A stretch of 63,958 nucleotides of DNA, counting the filler, from an uncultured bacterium (GTDB lineage: Bacteria > CAYJOG01): assembly GCA_964371695.1 (NCBI GenBank). It is 15 parts of 15 records of this genome, joined end to end, with 100 filler letters (N's around TTAATTAATTAA, not from the genome) between each part and the next. Parts side by side here need not be neighbours in the genome. Positions count along the whole stretch, not along the records: positions 60,478 to 63,958 come from CAYJOG010000377.1; 14 more parts are not named here. One strand, given 5' to 3'. The notes under the pieces are model-generated. The model ran no database searches. It was not told where the DNA came from and saw nothing but the letters and a program-made list of their open reading frames with translations. Positions 60,478 to 63,958 of this stretch are shown here, piece after piece. The translations under genes and the position numbers were made by a program. Within the stretch, counting starts at the first letter, position 1, and every line of letters begins with the position of its first letter.

Positions 60478-60770
60478 CGCCCTACTCCGTCGTGCCGCTG
60501 GGCGCGCCCGGCAGCATCAATATGCTGCCGCAATCCCAATAGCCCCCCCGCGCCCATTACCCGGCGCTACGCGCCACACTCTCCCCGAAAAGGGGAGAGG
60601 GAACGATGTTGGGGTGCATAAACTTACACAAAATGAAATTGGGCGAAGAATTGCAAGGTGCGCGCCTCCGGCGCGGTTGACACTCCCGGCGGGACGCCGG
60701 GGCTACGTTAAAAAACCCTTGATTTTCTTGTGGCCTGTGCGCGGAGCGAACACCACGCCTACTCCAACCA
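60478..60770. repeat. Cluster of palindromic repeats
   Basis: CCCTCTCCC-type element 60552-60604, GTAG REP 60685-60706, CCTACTCC ends. Confidence 0.75.
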
Positions 60771-60833
60771 AAGGCAGGCGCAGCCCGCGCAACCAACGCT
60801 GTTCATTCAGGGAAGGCGTTCTCCCCCTGACCG

Positions 60834-62272
60834 TTATTCCACCGCCACCACGCTGTCGCCCAGCAGTGTGCCCTTGTTGAGCGTGCCGTCGAAGGCTTTT
60901 TCGGTGAGCGTGGCCTGACTGAAAAACCGCCCGGCCTCGGTGATGGTGATCAGCGCGCTCACCTTGCCCTGAAGCACCACGGCCAGCTTGTCGCCGTTGC
61001 CGATTTTGTCGATCTGCCCCAGGTTCACAATGGCTTCGGTGTCGCTGATGAAACGCACGTCGGTTTTCATGGCGTCGCCGTCTGGCCGGGAAAGATCGCG
61101 CACGATGTTCACCACGCTGGCGTTGCCGGTGGGCGGCGAGGAAATGACCGGGCCGGTTTTGCGCGCCACTTTTTGGCTGGGAGGGTTCACATCGGGGTAA
61201 TAGTTGAACCCCACGCGGCTCACATTGCCGATGTCCTGATCCATATAAGCGTAGTCCAGTTGCCAGTCGCCCCATTCCAGACCCATGCCCAGGGTGAAGT
61301 CGTCCTGCTGCGAACCGGCCCGCAGGCGCAGCTCCGGCAGCACCTTGTATTCCAGACCAAAGTTAAGCGTGCCGTCTCCGTTGCCGCCGTTGTCGGTGTT
61401 GTAGTCCGCCGCCACCAGCAGGTTGCCGTCGCTGGTGGTATAAGCCGCCCCCAGCTTGGCGTTGAAGGGAATCTGGTCGGGACCAAGATCGGTGGGGATG
61501 AGGTTTTGCAGGTTCACGCCCAGGTTGAGGTTGCGGTTGGCGCGGTGCAGCAGGCCCAGGTCCAGGCCAAAGCCGGTTTCGCTGTTGCCCGGCAGCTTGT
61601 GGCTGAGGTAACGGGCCGTGGCCCCCACGGTGGTTTTTTCGTTGGTGCGCTGGGCGTAGCTGATCAGCACGCCAGTCTGTTTTTCGGTGAAGCTGCCCCC
61701 CACCACGGGCCGGTTGGCCCCCAGCACGCCGCTGTAACTGGTAAAGAGGTTGTTGTCGTTGGTGGTCAGCCCCAGGGCCACACCCACCGAAGCGTCGGTG
61801 CTCAGGCGGTGCAGATAACNNNNNNNNNNTCCACGTCCAGCGTTTCAAAACCGTAGCGCAAAAAACCAAACTGGCTTTTGGGCGCAGTGACCATGCCCGC
61901 CGGGTTGTAATAAATCGCGTTCACGTCATCGGCCACCGCCACAAAAGCCCCGCCCATGGCGCCGGGCCGCGCCCCCGTACCGTTCTGAAAAAAGTCCGGC
62001 GCATCAGCCCCCAGGGCCGCCGTGCCGCACAGCAGGGCAACAAGCGCCGCTGGTGTGGGTTTTAGAGCCTGTTTTAAAAGTGGGCTAAATAAAACATAGC
62101 CCACTTTGTACAGGCTCTCGCGGGCATGGATGCCCGCGTCCGAAAACCGGAGCTTTGAAAAAGCGCAGGTTTTCGCCACGTCGAGGGGGCTTTGCCCCCG
62201 AAGGCGTTGGGTTTTAAAAGTCCACGACGGACTTTTAAAACAGATTCTAAGGTGCAATTGGCTGATTTTCAT
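60834..62272 (-). CDS. PorV/PorQ (FadL-like) outer-membrane beta-barrel with extra C-terminal domain; gap at 61820-61829
   Basis: GARPGAMGGAFVAVADDVNAIYYNPAG, GFGLDLG, GVNLQNL, GLEY..LRLRAG, LDYAY; AGGAG RBS before ATG 62272. Confidence 0.82.
62065..62247. mobile_element. MITE family B (183 bp) in frame within the PorV-like gene
   Basis: TIRs GAGCCTGTTTTAAAAGT / ACTTTTAAAACAGATTC, TA on both flanks; internal palindrome CGCGGGCATGGATGCCCGCG. Confidence 0.85.
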
Positions 62273-62287
62273 AAGGCGCTCCTGCTG

Positions 62288-63958
62288 TTAACGAACGATG
62301 GCGATTTTGCCCTTGGCGCTTGAGACGGCGCCGGTCTGGCTCACGGCGCGCAGTTCGTAGAAATAAATGCCCCGCGCCACCAGCGAGCCACCGTTGTCGG
62401 TGCCGTCCCACTGCACGGCGTTGTTGAAGCCCACGCCGGAAATGCCCGTGGTGTCGCTGTAGCGGATGCTCTTCACGGGCCGCCCCAGGCTGTTGTAGAT
62501 GGTGACGGAGACCGACGAAATGTCTTCGCTGGCCTGGAAGGTGAGGTCGGTGCAGCGCAGGCTGGCCGAGTTGGTGCCTGTCATGGAGCAGGTGTTGGTG
62601 TTGAGGCTGGTGTCGGTGGGATTGAAGGGGTTGGGCACGTTCATGATGTTGCTGAGCCTGAAACCGCTGGTGCCGGTCAGCACAAAGGTTTGCGGGCTGG
62701 CCGAGGCCCGCGCCCCGATGCCGGAGCCCGAAGCCCCGTTCACGTCTACATAAGTGAGCTGGAAGGTGTTGCTGCCCACGGGCCAGCCCCCGGCGGGGGT
62801 GGCCAGGGTGAAGACACACAGGGTCTCCACCTGCACCGGCGAGGCCAGTGTGCCCGCGGGTGTGCAGCTCACGGTGCTGCCCACCACCGCACCGTTGTGG
62901 GTGAGCACAAACGTGCCCGCACCAGTGGTGTCAATGCCGGTGGGGTCGCCGATGCGCGAGACAATCTGGAGTGTGCCGTTGACGTTGAACACGTCGCCGC
63001 TCACCGTCTGGTTCAGGGTGTCCTGATTGCCCACGGCGTTGACCGCGCGGTAGACCAGCGAGAAACTGCCTCCCACGTTGGTATAGGTTCCGTTGGCGTT
63101 TTTGGCCTGGGCCTGCACCTTGAACGTGCCCGCCTGCTGGCTGGTGAGGGCGAAGGTGACTTTTCCGTCGGTGCCGCTGCTGAACACCGCCCCCGATGGA
63201 GACGGCAGGCTCACCGGCGCGGCAGAGGCCTGACGCGGGCTGCCTTCACCCGCCGCGCTGGCTTCGCGCCCGGTGGGGGCCTGATCGTTGATGAGCAGGC
63301 GCACGTCGTTGTTCTGGATGGGCACACCGCTGTCGTCCACCAGGGTGATGACCACGTTGGAGGCCGTCTGGCCGTTGGCGGGCACCTGGGTGGGTGCTGT
63401 GTTGGGGTCGGTGTCGTCGTGTTGCAGCACGGTGATGTTGCTCGTGCCCACCGTGATCAACTGCTGCACCAGCCCCCCTGCCTCAGAGAGCTGCAGGGTC
63501 TGGAACAGCTTGGTGCTGTTGCTGATGTTGCCCGTGGCCCCGGCGGTGAACTTGCTGGCGTCGGGGGCCACCACCACGGCCTGGGTGTTGTTGCTGTCGG
63601 CGGCGCTCATGCTGAAGGAGCCTGCGGCGTCAAACAGCAGGTTCACCGTGGCTTCGCCGCCGGACATGTTCACGGCCACCGTGTTGGTGTTGGCGTCCAG
63701 CACCGTGGTGGGGGTGATCAGCACCCGCACCGGGTTGGTGATGCCCGCCACGAGGCGGAAGTTGTCATCAGTCGCGTAGAGCTTGACGGCATAGGCCACA
63801 CCCACGCGGGGCTGCGTGGGCAAGCCTGTGGGGGCGCTGGGGGTGAGCGCCGTGGCGCTGAAGGTCATGCCCGGCGGCACCACCACCAGTTTGGTGTAAA
63901 GGCCCGTGGTGACCTGATTGAAATCCTGCGTGATGCCCGACACGGGAATGGCGTTGGC
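62288..63958 (-). CDS. Large secreted protein with invasin-type Ig-like domain and C-terminal FlgD-Ig/T9SS-type sorting domain, 5' beyond the window
   Basis: VPANGQTASNVVITLVD..TDGKVTFALTS; NVPNPFNP..VTIYNSLGRPVK..WDGTDNGGSLVARGIYFYEL..KGKIAIVR*. Confidence 0.82.
   Translation of the reverse strand, partial: ANAIPVSGITQDFNQVTTGLYTKLVVVPPGMTFSATALTPSAPTGLPTQPRVGVAYAVKLYATDDNFRLVAGITNPVRVLITPTTVLDANTNTVAVNMSGGEATVNLLFDAAGSFSMSAADSNNTQAVVVAPDASKFTAGATGNISNSTKLFQTLQLSEAGGLVQQLITVGTSNITVLQHDDTDPNTAPTQVPANGQTASNVVITLVDDSGVPIQNNDVRLLINDQAPTGREASAAGEGSPRQASAAPVSLPSPSGAVFSSGTDGKVTFALTSQQAGTFKVQAQAKNANGTYTNVGGSFSLVYRAVNAVGNQDTLNQTVSGDVFNVNGTLQIVSRIGDPTGIDTTGAGTFVLTHNGAVVGSTVSCTPAGTLASPVQVETLCVFTLATPAGGWPVGSNTFQLTYVDVNGASGSGIGARASASPQTFVLTGTSGFRLSNIMNVPNPFNPTDTSLNTNTCSMTGTNSASLRCTDLTFQASEDISSVSVTIYNSLGRPVKSIRYSDTTGISGVGFNNAVQWDGTDNGGSLVARGIYFYELRAVSQTGAVSSAKGKIAIVR

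Overview
This window is not one locus. It is 15 unrelated contigs of about 4.2 kb from a GC-rich bacterial draft genome or MAG, sorted by decreasing length and joined by 100-nt N/TTAATTAATTAA linkers, with five 10-N scaffold gaps inside genes. Gene neighbourhoods are meaningful only within a contig. It holds the 3' end of an rRNA operon (23S, 5S), three tRNAs, housekeeping genes (folE, galT, tgt-yajC, holB, mtnA, atpD-atpC, glnA), signalling proteins (MCP, histidine kinase, GAF-GAF-PP2C, ECF/anti-sigma, degenerate EAL), hydrolases, lipid-related proteins, and many short palindromic repeats and MITEs. Most interesting: (1) a secreted dockerin+cohesin-like protein behind a large Thr-rich surface protein that ends in a cohesin-like domain; (2) a T9SS-like cargo/PorV-family pair in a genome that does not look like Bacteroidota; (3) mobile palindromic elements translated in frame inside protein N-termini, and MITE ends coinciding with stop codons; (4) an AT-rich DUF6978-like/DUF1828-DUF1829 cassette beside the rRNA terminator, with a nonsense codon in the His motif of its first gene; (5) a regular -10 box/6 nt/start codon pattern suggesting widespread leaderless translation; (6) a ParB/Noc-like protein apparently co-transcribed with a sensor kinase. 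All family calls come from motif recognition by eye, not database searches.
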